DNA from: Candidatus Rokuibacteriota bacterium
Lineage (GTDB): Bacteria > Methylomirabilota > Methylomirabilia > Rokubacteriales > CSP1-6
Direction of reading: 5' to 3'
DNA length: 19,589 nucleotides
Assembly: GCA_016184305.1 (NCBI GenBank)
Contig: JACPCX010000028.1
Coordinates: 1 to 19,589 of the forward strand
The notes under the pieces are model-generated. The model was not told where the DNA came from. It saw only the letters and a program-made list of their open reading frames with translations, and did not search any database. Position 1 is the first letter of the stretch; each line of letters begins with the position of its first letter. Positions 1 through 8,197 of this stretch are shown in pieces. The position numbers and the translations under genes are program-made.

Positions 1-475
1 TCTCCTGCATGAAGGAGACGTTGAAGCGCCAGAAGTCGATGAGCTCGCAGGCCGCGTCGATCTCGGCCTGGTACGCGGTCTTGGACTGCCCCAGCATGGA
101 GGCGGCGTTCAGCACCTGGCGCCAGGGCCCGGCCAGGAGATCCGCCGCTCTCAGGAACACCGCCGCGCGCTGCTCCCAGGGCAGGCGGGACCAGGGGCCA
201 TGGGCCTCGCGCGCGGCCTCGATGGCGCGCGTGACCTCGCCGGCGCCCGCCTTGTGCCAGCAGCCGAGGACGTGGTGATGGCTGTGGGGCATGACGGTGT
301 CGGCCTTGTGGCCGGTCCCGACGCTTCGGCCGCCAATGCGCGGGGTGATCTCGACGATCTCCTTCGACATCCGCTCGATCTGGGCTCTCAGCGCGCGCCG
401 CTCGGGGGTGCCGGGAGCATAGGAGAGAACGGGCTCGTTCCGGGGGCTGGGGACGCTCACGAGTGCATTGGCCAT
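1..475 (-). CDS. pruA: L-glutamate gamma-semialdehyde (P5C) dehydrogenase, 5' part; runs off the window
   Basis: Manual translation from ATG 475: MANALVSVPSPRNEPVLSYAPGTPERRAL...WEQRAAVFLRAADLLAGPWRQVLNAASMLGQSKTAYQAEIDAACELIDFWRFN. The NEP..Y.PG and GQSKT..QAEIDAACELIDF.RFN motifs are typical of ALDH4/PruA. SD GGAGGAGG upstream. Absent from the ORF track because there is no stop in the window. Confidence 0.93.
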   Translation of the reverse strand, partial: MANALVSVPSPRNEPVLSYAPGTPERRALRAQIERMSKEIVEITPRIGGRSVGTGHKADTVMPHSHHHVLGCWHKAGAGEVTRAIEAAREAHGPWSRLPWEQRAAVFLRAADLLAGPWRQVLNAASMLGQSKTAYQAEIDAACELIDFWRFNVSFMQE

Positions 476-499
476 GGCTGCCGCCTCCTCCAGATCGAC

Positions 500-508
500 G
501 GTTGCACC
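500..508. promoter_or_regulatory. GGTTGCACC, PutA-operator-like site upstream of pruA
   Basis: Matches the GGTTGCACC/GTTGCA core bound by the E. coli PutA ribbon-helix-helix domain; lies about 25 bp upstream of the pruA ATG. Single copy only. Confidence 0.3.
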
Positions 509-605
509 GGATGGTCTGCCACGCTGCTCCGACCGGGCGAGGGCGCGGGATCGGGCGCCCTCCCGCCCCGGCACCCGCCAGTGTAACTCGAATCCGCTCG
601 CCAGT

Positions 606-689
606 ATGCTCCCAGCCGAGGAGATCGAGGCCCTGGTCGAGCGCTTCGGCGAAGCGGCGGCGCGGGCGAAGGCCGCGGGCTTCGACGCA
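606..689 (+). pseudogene. Short remnant of an NADH:flavin oxidoreductase (Old Yellow Enzyme family)
   Basis: MLPAEEIEALVERFGEAAARAKAAGFDA matches the OYE helix that precedes GFD-x-VE-I-H; similarity breaks into AT-rich sequence at about 690. Confidence 0.7.
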
Positions 690-690
690 G

Positions 691-735
691 AAATAATAAT
701 GAGCGCTTGGGAATCCTCGCCGGGCATGAGACACT
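691..735 (+). promoter_or_regulatory. Candidate sigma70 promoter of the DEAD-box helicase
   Basis: AT-rich UP-like AAATAATAAT (691-700), TTGGGA (707-712), 17-bp spacer, TGnGACACT (-10 at 730-735). Confidence 0.45.
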
Positions 736-744
736 CTCAACAGT

Positions 745-847
745 CAGGTAGCGACTCCGAGAGTCCGAACGGCGGTATCCCCGGCAATCCCCACCGTTCC
801 CGCATCTTCACGCCGGACGTTTCCACGGCGCGACGTCCCTGCTGCTG
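745..847 (+). promoter_or_regulatory. Candidate structured 5' leader of the helicase mRNA
   Basis: Stems GACTC/GAGTC (753-765), GAACGG/CCGTTC (767-799) and GGACGT/ACGTCC (815-838), enclosed by CAGGTAGC/GCTGCTG (745-752/841-847). Confidence 0.4.
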
Positions 848-879
848 CAGGTTCTCGCCTCGACAAGGACACCCCCTTC

Positions 880-2172
880 ATGCCCTTCACCACCCTTGGT
901 TTGCACCCCGACCTGCTGCGCGGCGTCGCCGCGCTCGGGTTCACGCGTCCCACGCCCATCCAGGCCGACGCGATCCCCCCTGGGCTGGCTGGACGCGACG
1001 TGCTCGCCAGCGCCATGACGGGCAGCGGCAAGACCGCCGCCTTCGTCCTGCCCATCGCCCAGCGGCTGATGGACAAGCCGCGCGGGACCACCCGCGCCCT
1101 CATCCTGACTCCCACCCGCGAGCTGGCCGCCCAGATCGAAGAGGACCTGAAGCAGCTGGCGCGCTTCACGCCCGTCCGGGGCGCCTCGGTGTTCGGCGGC
1201 GTGGCCATGGGGCCGCAGGAGCAGGCCTTCCGTCGCGGCGTGGACGTGCTCGTGGCCACGCCCGGCCGCCTGCTCGACCACTTCCAGTACCCGTACGCGC
1301 GTCTGCCGCATCTGGAGATCCTCGTCCTCGACGAGGCCGATCGGATGCTCGACATGGGCTTTCTCCCCGACATCCGCCGGGTCCTCAAGCACGTGCCGGC
1401 GAAGCGCCAGACGCTCTTCTTCTCGGCGACCATGCCGCAGGAGATCGGCCAGCTGGCGCGCGAGATGCTGTCGGCCCCGGCCCTCATCAACCAGGAGCGC
1501 AAGGCGGCGCCGGCCGTGGGGATCACCCATGCGGTGTATCCCGTGGCCCGCGAGCTCAAGTCCGCCCTGCTCCTCACGCTGCTCAAGGACGAGGCCATGC
1601 GGAGCGTGCTCGTCTTCACGCGCACCAAGCACCGGGCCAATCGCCTGGCCGAGTCCCTCGCGCGGCAGGGCGTGACCGTCGACAAGATCCACGGCAATCG
1701 CACCCAGGCCCAGCGCACGCATGCCCTCGCGGGCTTCAAGAACGGAAAGCACCAGGTGCTGGTGGCGACCGACATCGCCGCGCGCGGCATCGACATCGAC
1801 GAGCTGAGCCACGTGGTGAACTTCGACGTACCGGCGGTGCCTGACGACTACATCCACCGGTCGGGCCGCACGGCCCGCGCCGAGGCCACGGGCGATGCCT
1901 TCACCTTCGTCTCGCCGGACGAGGAAGGCGACTTCCGCGCCATCGAGCGGGCTCTCGGCAAGCCGATCCCGCGCGTGACCGTGCCCGGGTTCGACTACGC
2001 GGCCCGGACGACCGAGCGGCTGGAGATCCCGCTGGCCGAGCGCATTGCCGCCATCCGCGCGCGGAAGGCGCAGGAGCGAGGCCGCGCCAGGGACAACGCC
2101 GCGCGGCGCAGCCAGCATCAGACTGCCGCCGGGGTACAGCAGCGTCGAAACAACTTCACCCGCCACCCGTGA
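880..2172 (+). CDS. rhlE: DEAD-box ATP-dependent RNA helicase, RhlE-like (430 aa)
   Basis: Q motif GFTRPTPIQ, AMTGSGKT, PTRELA, GG, TPGRL, DEAD, SAT, ARGID, HRSGRTAR, basic C-tail; SD AAGGA at 865-869. Confidence 0.93.
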   Translation: MPFTTLGLHPDLLRGVAALGFTRPTPIQADAIPPGLAGRDVLASAMTGSGKTAAFVLPIAQRLMDKPRGTTRALILTPTRELAAQIEEDLKQLARFTPVRGASVFGGVAMGPQEQAFRRGVDVLVATPGRLLDHFQYPYARLPHLEILVLDEADRMLDMGFLPDIRRVLKHVPAKRQTLFFSATMPQEIGQLAREMLSAPALINQERKAAPAVGITHAVYPVARELKSALLLTLLKDEAMRSVLVFTRTKHRANRLAESLARQGVTVDKIHGNRTQAQRTHALAGFKNGKHQVLVATDIAARGIDIDELSHVVNFDVPAVPDDYIHRSGRTARAEATGDAFTFVSPDEEGDFRAIERALGKPIPRVTVPGFDYAARTTERLEIPLAERIAAIRARKAQERGRARDNAARRSQHQTAAGVQQRRNNFTRHP

Positions 2173-2245
2173 CGGGCGGGCTCCACTCGTAGCGGGCGGG
2201 AGCGCGTCGCGGCGCAGGAGGAGACGTAGTACGATCAGGGTCAGC

Positions 2246-3352
2246 ATGCACCCGGTGCTCCTGGCCCTGATCGCGTTCCTCGCGGGGCTCTGCCTCTCCG
2301 CGGCGCCGGCGCGCGCGCAGGACCTGCCGTTCAGGCTTCCGCCGGGCTTCAGGATCGAGGTCTTCGCCGGCGGGCTCGGTTCCCCGCGCTTCATGGCCGT
2401 GGATCCGGCCGGTACGCTCCTCGTCTCCATCCCGGGACAGGGGCGCGTCGTGGCGTTGCCCGACCGTGACGGAGACGGCCGCGCCGACGCCGTCGTCACC
2501 GTCGCCGAGAGGCTCGACCGCCCCCACGGTCTGGCCTTCAGGGACGGCGCGCTCCATGTCGCCGAGACGGGGCGCGTCCTCCGCTTCCGCTACGATCCGG
2601 CCGCGCTCAAGGCGGCGGAGCCCGTCGTGGTGGTGGCGAATCTGCCTCCGGGCGGCGTCCACTGGACGCGCACCATCGCCTTCGGACCGGACGGCCGGCT
2701 CTCCGTCTCGGTGGGCTCCTCGTGCAATGTCTGCCGCGAGCAGGACCCGCGGCGGGCCGCCATCATCCGCTACGAGGCCGACGGCTCGGGGGAGAGGATC
2801 CTCGCCACCGGCATCAGGAACGCGGTGGGCATCGCCTTCCATCCGGGAACGGGCCGCCTCTGGGCGACGGTCAACGAGCGCGACTGGCGCGGCGACGACC
2901 TGCCGCCCGACTACATCACGGAGGTGAAGGAAGGCGGCTTCTACGGCTGGCCTGACTGCTTCGTCGCCGGAGGCCGGCCCGTTCCCGACGATCGCTCGGC
3001 GGGAAGCGGGGGGTGCCCGCCGATGGCGATGCCCACCATCGAGATCCCGGCCCACTCGGCGCCCCTGGGGCTGGCCTTCTACACCGGCCGGCTATTCCCG
3101 CCCGAGTACCGCGGCAGCCTCTTCGTCGCCTATCAGGGCTCGTGGAACCGATCGGTGCCCACCGGTTACAAGGTGGTCCGAGTGCCGTTCCAGAACGGCA
3201 ACCCCGGCGGCGTGGAGGACTTCGCGACGGGCTGGCTCGCCGACGGGCGCGTCCACGGCCGCCCCATCGACCTGGCGATGGGCGCCGACGGCGCGCTCTA
3301 CCTCACCGACCAGAGCGCCGCGCGCGTCTACCGGATCAGCTACCGCCCCTGA
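2246..3352 (+). CDS. Secreted glucose/L-sorbosone dehydrogenase-family beta-propeller protein (368 aa)
   Basis: Signal peptide ending APARA/QD; motifs LPPGFRIEVFA, RPHGLAF, HWTRTIAFGPDG, VGSSCNVC, GIRNAVG, YGWP, AHSAPLGLAFY, GSWNR, GRP. Confidence 0.88.
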   Translation: MHPVLLALIAFLAGLCLSAAPARAQDLPFRLPPGFRIEVFAGGLGSPRFMAVDPAGTLLVSIPGQGRVVALPDRDGDGRADAVVTVAERLDRPHGLAFRDGALHVAETGRVLRFRYDPAALKAAEPVVVVANLPPGGVHWTRTIAFGPDGRLSVSVGSSCNVCREQDPRRAAIIRYEADGSGERILATGIRNAVGIAFHPGTGRLWATVNERDWRGDDLPPDYITEVKEGGFYGWPDCFVAGGRPVPDDRSAGSGGCPPMAMPTIEIPAHSAPLGLAFYTGRLFPPEYRGSLFVAYQGSWNRSVPTGYKVVRVPFQNGNPGGVEDFATGWLADGRVHGRPIDLAMGADGALYLTDQSAARVYRISYRP

Positions 3353-3430
3353 GCCCCCCTCGGGGCCCACCTTCACGGCCATCTTCCCGACGTTCTCGCT
3401 CGAGAAGAGGCCGACGAAGGCGCGCTGCAC
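3353..3430 (-). pseudogene. C-terminal remnant of a second NADP-dependent (YncB/CurA-like) oxidoreductase
   Basis: Reads QRAFVGLFSSENVGKMAVKVGPEGG, which aligns without gaps to the end of the intact gene at 4747-5769 (PRAFLGLFKGENLGKMLVRLAPEEG*). Confidence 0.75.
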
Positions 3431-3547
3431 CGCGCATCCCGCCCTCCTCCCGCCGCTCCTCCCCAACCCGCGGGCCCTCATCCAGCGCGCTCCAGCTGGT
3501 CGTCGCTGAGCTGGCATCGTCTCCTCCCGCTCGCCTCGAAGCCACGC

Positions 3548-3606
3548 TTGACGGCTGATGCCGCCCATGGTAGATATTTATGCTACAACATGAATACATA
3601 TTCTAT
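3548..3606 (+). promoter_or_regulatory. argR promoter with two tandem ARG boxes
   Basis: TTGACG -35 at 3548-3553. Box 1 ggTAGATatttATGCTac (3569-3586) and box 2 caTGAATacatATTCTat (3589-3606) are 2 bp apart and match TGAAT-N4-ATTCA. AT-rich island in GC-rich DNA. Confidence 0.8.
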
Positions 3607-4090
3607 CGGACGGGCCCGACGACGGCGGGCCGAGATCCTCAAGCTGGTCCAGAAGCAGGCCGTGCGCTCGCAGGAGGAGCTCCAGCAGCTCCTCCGCCGG
3701 CGAGGCTTCACGGTGGCCCAGCCGACTCTCTCCCGCGACCTCAAAGACCTGGGTCTGGCCCGGACCCCGACGGGCTACACCGCCCCGCCGGAGCCGTCCC
3801 CTTTCGTGCCCGCCGCGCGCCGGGAAGAAGCACTCCACCGCGTTCTGAGGCTCTCCGTCCTGGCCGTGGAGGCGGCGGGGGCGCTCGTCGTGGTCAAGAC
3901 GCCGCCGGGGGAGGCGCACCCGGTGGCCCGTGCCCTCGACGAGGCTGCCCCGCCCGGCGTCGTCGGGACCATCGCCGGGGACGACACGGTCTTCGTCGCC
4001 ACGCCCAACCCGGCAGCCGCGCTCCGCGTGGAGCGCCGGCTATTCGCCCCGCTGACCGCGGCGCGCCTGGACCGGCGCACCCAGGCCTGA
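3590..4090 (+). CDS. argR: Arginine repressor (166 aa)
   Basis: SQEEL...GFTVAQPTLSRDLKDLG winged helix; VVVKTPPG and GTIAGDDT arginine-binding motifs. Confidence 0.93.
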   Translation: MNTYSIGRARRRRAEILKLVQKQAVRSQEELQQLLRRRGFTVAQPTLSRDLKDLGLARTPTGYTAPPEPSPFVPAARREEALHRVLRLSVLAVEAAGALVVVKTPPGEAHPVARALDEAAPPGVVGTIAGDDTVFVATPNPAAALRVERRLFAPLTAARLDRRTQA

Positions 4091-4120
4091 CCGATCCGAT
4101 TCCACGAGGAGTCCGATCCG

Positions 4121-4591
4121 ATGTTCCACGAATGTCGCCACGGAGACCTCTCGATCACCACCGACGCGTCGCGGCTCGACCTCGACGTGATCCACGGGTT
4201 CCTGTCCCGATCCTACTGGGCCGCCGGGATCCCGCGCGAGGTCATGGCCCGCGCGATCCGCCATTCGATCTGCTTCGGAGCCTTCGATGGCGAGCGCCAG
4301 GTGGGCTTCGCCCGCGTCATCTCCGACGTCGCGACCTTCGCCTACGTCAGCGACGTCTTCGTTGTCGAGTCGTATCGGGGGCGGGGCGTGGGCAAGCAGG
4401 TGATGGCGGCCATCATGTCGCACCCGGATCTCCAGGGCCTCCGGCGCTGGACCCTGTTCACTCGTGATGCCCACGGCCTCTACCGGCAGTACGGATTCGG
4501 CGAGGCGCGCTATCCGGACCGACTCATGGAGATGCTGGCCGACCCGTACACGGCGGCGCCGGCTCCACAACGCGGGGGACCCGCTGCATGA
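4121..4591 (+). CDS. GNAT family N-acetyltransferase (156 aa)
   Basis: QVGFARVISD, YVSDVFV...YRGRGVG (acetyl-CoA motif A), AHGLYRQYGF; SD GAGGAG; ATGA overlap with the next ORF. Confidence 0.9.
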   Translation: MFHECRHGDLSITTDASRLDLDVIHGFLSRSYWAAGIPREVMARAIRHSICFGAFDGERQVGFARVISDVATFAYVSDVFVVESYRGRGVGKQVMAAIMSHPDLQGLRRWTLFTRDAHGLYRQYGFGEARYPDRLMEMLADPYTAAPAPQRGGPAA

Positions 4592-4716
4592 ACGACGACG
4601 TGCGGCGGGTCATGAACGTGGTCGATCGCCCCCCGGCCGTCATGGCCGAAGGACAGGGGTCCTGGCTGTGGGACCGCGACGGGAAGAAATACCTCGACTT
4701 CGTGCAGGGCTGGGCC
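4588..4716 (+). pseudogene. argD: Truncated acetylornithine aminotransferase (about 43 N-terminal codons)
   Basis: MNDDVRRVMNVVDRPPAVMAEGQGSWLWDRDGKKYLDFVQGWA is a class-III aminotransferase/ArgD N-terminus. The expected V..LGH is absent and the frame continues only as antisense of the next gene. Confidence 0.85.
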
Positions 4717-4746
4717 GCGCCTCGCTCGCGCGCCGCGCGATCGGGG

Positions 4747-5769
4747 TCAGCCCTCCTCCGGCGCCAGGCGGACCAGCATCTTGCCGAGGTTCTCTCCCTT
4801 GAAGAGGCCGAGGAAGGCACGCGGGGCGTTCTCGATCCCCTCGACGATGGTCTCCTGGTGCTTGAGCCGCCCGGCCTTGAGCCAGCCACCCGCCTCGCGC
4901 AGGAACTCGGGGTAGCGGTCGAAGTGGTCGCCGATGATGAAGCCCTGCATGAGGACGCGGTTGCCGACCATGGAGAAGAGATAGCGCGGCCCGGGCTCGG
5001 GCGTCTCCTGGTTGTATTGCGAGATCATCCCGCAGAGCGGGATGCGGGCGAAGGGGTTGAGGCAGCGCAGCACCGCATCGAGGACGGCCCCGCCCACGTT
5101 CTCGAAGTAGACGTCCACGCCATCGGGGCAGGCCTGGCGGAGCGCCTCGTGGAGGTCGCCCGCCTTCCGGTAATTGATGGCCGCGTCGAAGCCGAGGTCG
5201 CGCGTGAGGTGGGCGCACTTGTCGTCGGTGCCCGCCGTGCCCACCACGCGGCAGCCCAGGATCTTCCCCATCTGCCCCACGAGCGAGCCCGTGGCCCCGG
5301 CCGCCCCCGAGACCACCAGGGTCTCTCCGGCCTTGGGCCGGCCGATCTCCCTGAGCCCGTACCAGCCCGTGAAGCCCGGGATGCCCAGCACGCCGAGATA
5401 GGCCGGGAGAGGCGCCAGCGTGAGATCGACCCGGTTCAGCCCTTCGCCCTGGGAGACGAAGTACTCGCGCCAGCCGAGCATGCTGGCGACGTAATCGCCG
5501 GCGGCGAGCTTGGGGTTGTTGGAGCGAACGATCCGGCCCACGGCGCGGCCGTCGCAGGGCTGGCCCACCGTCCACGGGGGCGCGTAGGACTTGCGATCCC
5601 GCATCCGGCTACGCATGTAGGGATCCACGGACATGTAGATGTTGCGGACGAGGACCTCGCCCGCGCCCGGCTCGGGCATCGCCGTCTCCTCCAGCCTGAA
5701 GCTCGCGAGCGTGGGCATGTCCGTCGGGCGGGCGGCGAGCACGATCTGGCGGTTCACGGTCTTCGTCAT
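4747..5769 (-). CDS. NADP-dependent oxidoreductase, YncB/CurA/PTGR-type MDR (340 aa)
   Basis: NRQIVLAARP, YMSVDPYMR, LGIPGFTGWYGL, VSGAAGATGS, YFENVGG, CGMISQYN, GENLGKMLV; SD GGAGGAG before ATG 5769. Confidence 0.93.
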   Translation of the reverse strand: MTKTVNRQIVLAARPTDMPTLASFRLEETAMPEPGAGEVLVRNIYMSVDPYMRSRMRDRKSYAPPWTVGQPCDGRAVGRIVRSNNPKLAAGDYVASMLGWREYFVSQGEGLNRVDLTLAPLPAYLGVLGIPGFTGWYGLREIGRPKAGETLVVSGAAGATGSLVGQMGKILGCRVVGTAGTDDKCAHLTRDLGFDAAINYRKAGDLHEALRQACPDGVDVYFENVGGAVLDAVLRCLNPFARIPLCGMISQYNQETPEPGPRYLFSMVGNRVLMQGFIIGDHFDRYPEFLREAGGWLKAGRLKHQETIVEGIENAPRAFLGLFKGENLGKMLVRLAPEEG

Positions 5770-5881
5770 GAAGGTCTCCTCCTCGTGGAGTGAAGCGGCC
5801 CCGCGGCGCGGGGAGGGCCCCGGGCGCGCGTCCAGAGTACAATACATCGGCCTCGACCACCCGAACGCGGAGGTATCGCAG

Positions 5882-8197
5882 TTGCCATCACCCTCGGCCA
5901 TCGGCCGCTCCCTGCGCCGTCTCGACGGCGGCGAGAAGGTCTCCGGCCTCACCCGCTTCGCCGCGGACCTGCGGCTTCCCGGCATGCTCCACTGCCGCCT
6001 CGTCCTGAGCCCTCACGCGCATGCGCGCATCGTGAGGATCGACGGCAAGGCCGCCGCCGCGCTGCCCGGCGTGATCGGCGTCTTCGGCGGCCGCGACTTG
6101 CCGCTCCGCGATCAGGACCCGACGGATCGCAACCGCTGCCCGCTGGCGCTCGAGCGGGCGCTCTTCGCCGGCCACCCGGTGGCGGCCGTGGTGGCGGAGT
6201 CCGAGGCCCTCGCCGAGGATGCGGCGGCGCTGGTCACCGCGGAGTATGAGGAATTGCCGGCGGCCATCGATCCCGAGGAGGCCATGCGCCCCGAGGCGCC
6301 GCGGGTCCGCGAGCCCGGCGAGGGCGGAAGCGGCGAGGAGGCGCTCGCCATGCACGGAGCCGGCGGGGAACGTCAGTCAGCTTCGCCAACGGCTCCGAAT
6401 GTGGTGAGCACGGTCCACTACTCGCGCGGGGACGTGGCCCGCGGGCTCGCCGACGCGGAGGTGGTCGTGGAGCGCCGCTACCGCACCCCCATGGTCCACC
6501 AGGGCTATCTCGAGCCGCGCGCGGCGCTGGCCTCCGTGGACGCCATGGGCCAGCTCTGCGTGTGGACCAGCACCCAGGCCCTCTTCCACACGCGCTCCGA
6601 GGTGGCCGAGGCGCTGGGGCTCCCCGAGCATCGCGTGCGGGTGGTCGCCACGCCGCTGGGCGGCGGCTTCGGCGGCAAGTTCGTCCTCCTCGAGCCCCTG
6701 GCCGCCGCGCTGGCAGTGGCCCTCAGGCGTCCGGTCGCGGTGGTCCTCACGCGCACCGAGGAGTTCCTCGCCACGACGCCCGCGCCCCAGAGCGTGATCG
6801 AGGTGACGACGGGCGCGGGCCGCGACGGCATGCTCACCGCGCTCCGCGCGGTTGTGATCTTCGACGCGGGCGCCTTCGCCGGGGCCCCGGTGAGCATCGC
6901 CTGCCTGATGCTCGGCGGCTACTACCGCGTGCCGCATCTCGACATCCGCGGCTACGAGGTCCTGACCCACAAGCCAGGCAACGGCGCCTACCGCGCGCCG
7001 GGCGCCGTCCAGGCCACCTTCGCCATCGAGTCGCAGATGGACGAGGTGGCGCGCGCCATCGGCATGGACCCGCTGGAGCTTCGCCTCCTGAACGCCGTGC
7101 GGGAGGGCGATGCCATGCCCAACGGGAGACCGTGGCCCCGGATCGGCCTGCGCGAGTGCCTGCTGAGGCTCAAGGAGGTGCGCGCGGGCCGCGGCACCGA
7201 GAGCCCTCCCGGCGGTGGGCGAGGGCGCCGCGGCACGGGCATCGCCGTGGGCGGCTGGATGGGCGGCGTCGAGCCGGCCAGCGCCGTCTGCCGGCTGGAC
7301 CGAGACGGTACGCTCACGATCGTGGTGGGCACGGTGGACATGAGCGGGACCAGCACGACGTTCGCCCAGATCGCGGCCGAGGCCGCCGGCGTCCCCGTGG
7401 AGGACGTGGCCGTGATCAACGCCGACACGGAAGCCGCCCCCTATGCCGGCGCCAGCGGCGGCAGCAAGATCACCTACACCGTGGGGGCCGCGGTGGAGCG
7501 CGCCGCCCGCGAGGCACGGCGACAGATCCTGGCCATCGCCGCGGCGCACCTCGAGGCGGCCGTGGAGGACCTCGAGATGGTGGACCGCCGGGTGCGGGTG
7601 CGCGGCGTGCCGGACCGCGGCGTCGCGATCGCGGAGCTGGCGAAGCTGTCCATGCAGTTCGGCGCGCGCTACGAGCCCGTGCTGGGCCGCGGCTCGACCG
7701 CGACCATCGCCCGGGCGCCGGCCTTCGCCGCGCATCTGGCGGAGGTCGAGGTGGACGCGGAGACCGGTCACGCGCGTGTGACTCGTCACCTGGTGGTCCA
7801 GGACGTGGGGCGCGCCCTCAACCCGGCAGCCATCGAAGGGCAGATCCAGGGCGCGGTGGCGCAGGGGGTGGGCTGGGCGCTGCTGGAGCGGATGGTGTAC
7901 GACGGCGAGGGGCAGCTTTTGACGGCGACCCTGATGGACTATGCCCTGCCCCAGAGCGACCAGGTCCCGCCCGTGGAGATCGCGCTGGTGGAGGTGCCGT
8001 CCGAGGCCGGGCCCTTCGGCGCCAAGGGCGTGGGCGAGCCGCCCGTCATCGCCGCACCCGCCGCCATCGCCAACGCCATCGCGGATGCGACCGGATGCCG
8101 GCTCACCGAGCTGCCGATCACGAGCGAGAGGCTCTACCGGGCGCTGGCGGCGGCTGAGCCCGGGCGCAACCGCCCGGCCGGCGCTAGCGCCCCTTGA
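5882..8197 (+). CDS. Xanthine dehydrogenase-family molybdopterin-binding large subunit (about 771 aa)
   Basis: TTG start after GGAGG (5869-5873), with a TACAAT -10 at 5838-5843. Motifs SPHAHARI, HQGYLEP, GGGFGGK, AYRAPG, GASGGS, QDVGRALNP, GQIQG, GAKGVGEPP. Confidence 0.92.
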   Translation: MPSPSAIGRSLRRLDGGEKVSGLTRFAADLRLPGMLHCRLVLSPHAHARIVRIDGKAAAALPGVIGVFGGRDLPLRDQDPTDRNRCPLALERALFAGHPVAAVVAESEALAEDAAALVTAEYEELPAAIDPEEAMRPEAPRVREPGEGGSGEEALAMHGAGGERQSASPTAPNVVSTVHYSRGDVARGLADAEVVVERRYRTPMVHQGYLEPRAALASVDAMGQLCVWTSTQALFHTRSEVAEALGLPEHRVRVVATPLGGGFGGKFVLLEPLAAALAVALRRPVAVVLTRTEEFLATTPAPQSVIEVTTGAGRDGMLTALRAVVIFDAGAFAGAPVSIACLMLGGYYRVPHLDIRGYEVLTHKPGNGAYRAPGAVQATFAIESQMDEVARAIGMDPLELRLLNAVREGDAMPNGRPWPRIGLRECLLRLKEVRAGRGTESPPGGGRGRRGTGIAVGGWMGGVEPASAVCRLDRDGTLTIVVGTVDMSGTSTTFAQIAAEAAGVPVEDVAVINADTEAAPYAGASGGSKITYTVGAAVERAAREARRQILAIAAAHLEAAVEDLEMVDRRVRVRGVPDRGVAIAELAKLSMQFGARYEPVLGRGSTATIARAPAFAAHLAEVEVDAETGHARVTRHLVVQDVGRALNPAAIEGQIQGAVAQGVGWALLERMVYDGEGQLLTATLMDYALPQSDQVPPVEIALVEVPSEAGPFGAKGVGEPPVIAAPAAIANAIADATGCRLTELPITSERLYRALAAAEPGRNRPAGASAP

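Noticed and set aside
468..2499. Long overlapping ORFs 468-1844 (+), 744-1796 (-) and 808-2499 (-)
   Set aside because: Alternate-frame or antisense shadows of the helicase in GC-rich DNA; no motifs apart from the short OYE scar.
4588..5793. 401-aa plus-strand ORF as a full-length ArgD
   Set aside because: Only the first ~43 codons are ArgD-like; the rest is the antisense shadow of the NADP-dependent reductase.
5882..8197. Aerobic CO dehydrogenase coxL
   Set aside because: Lacks the AYxCSFR signature and has no coxS/coxM neighbours.
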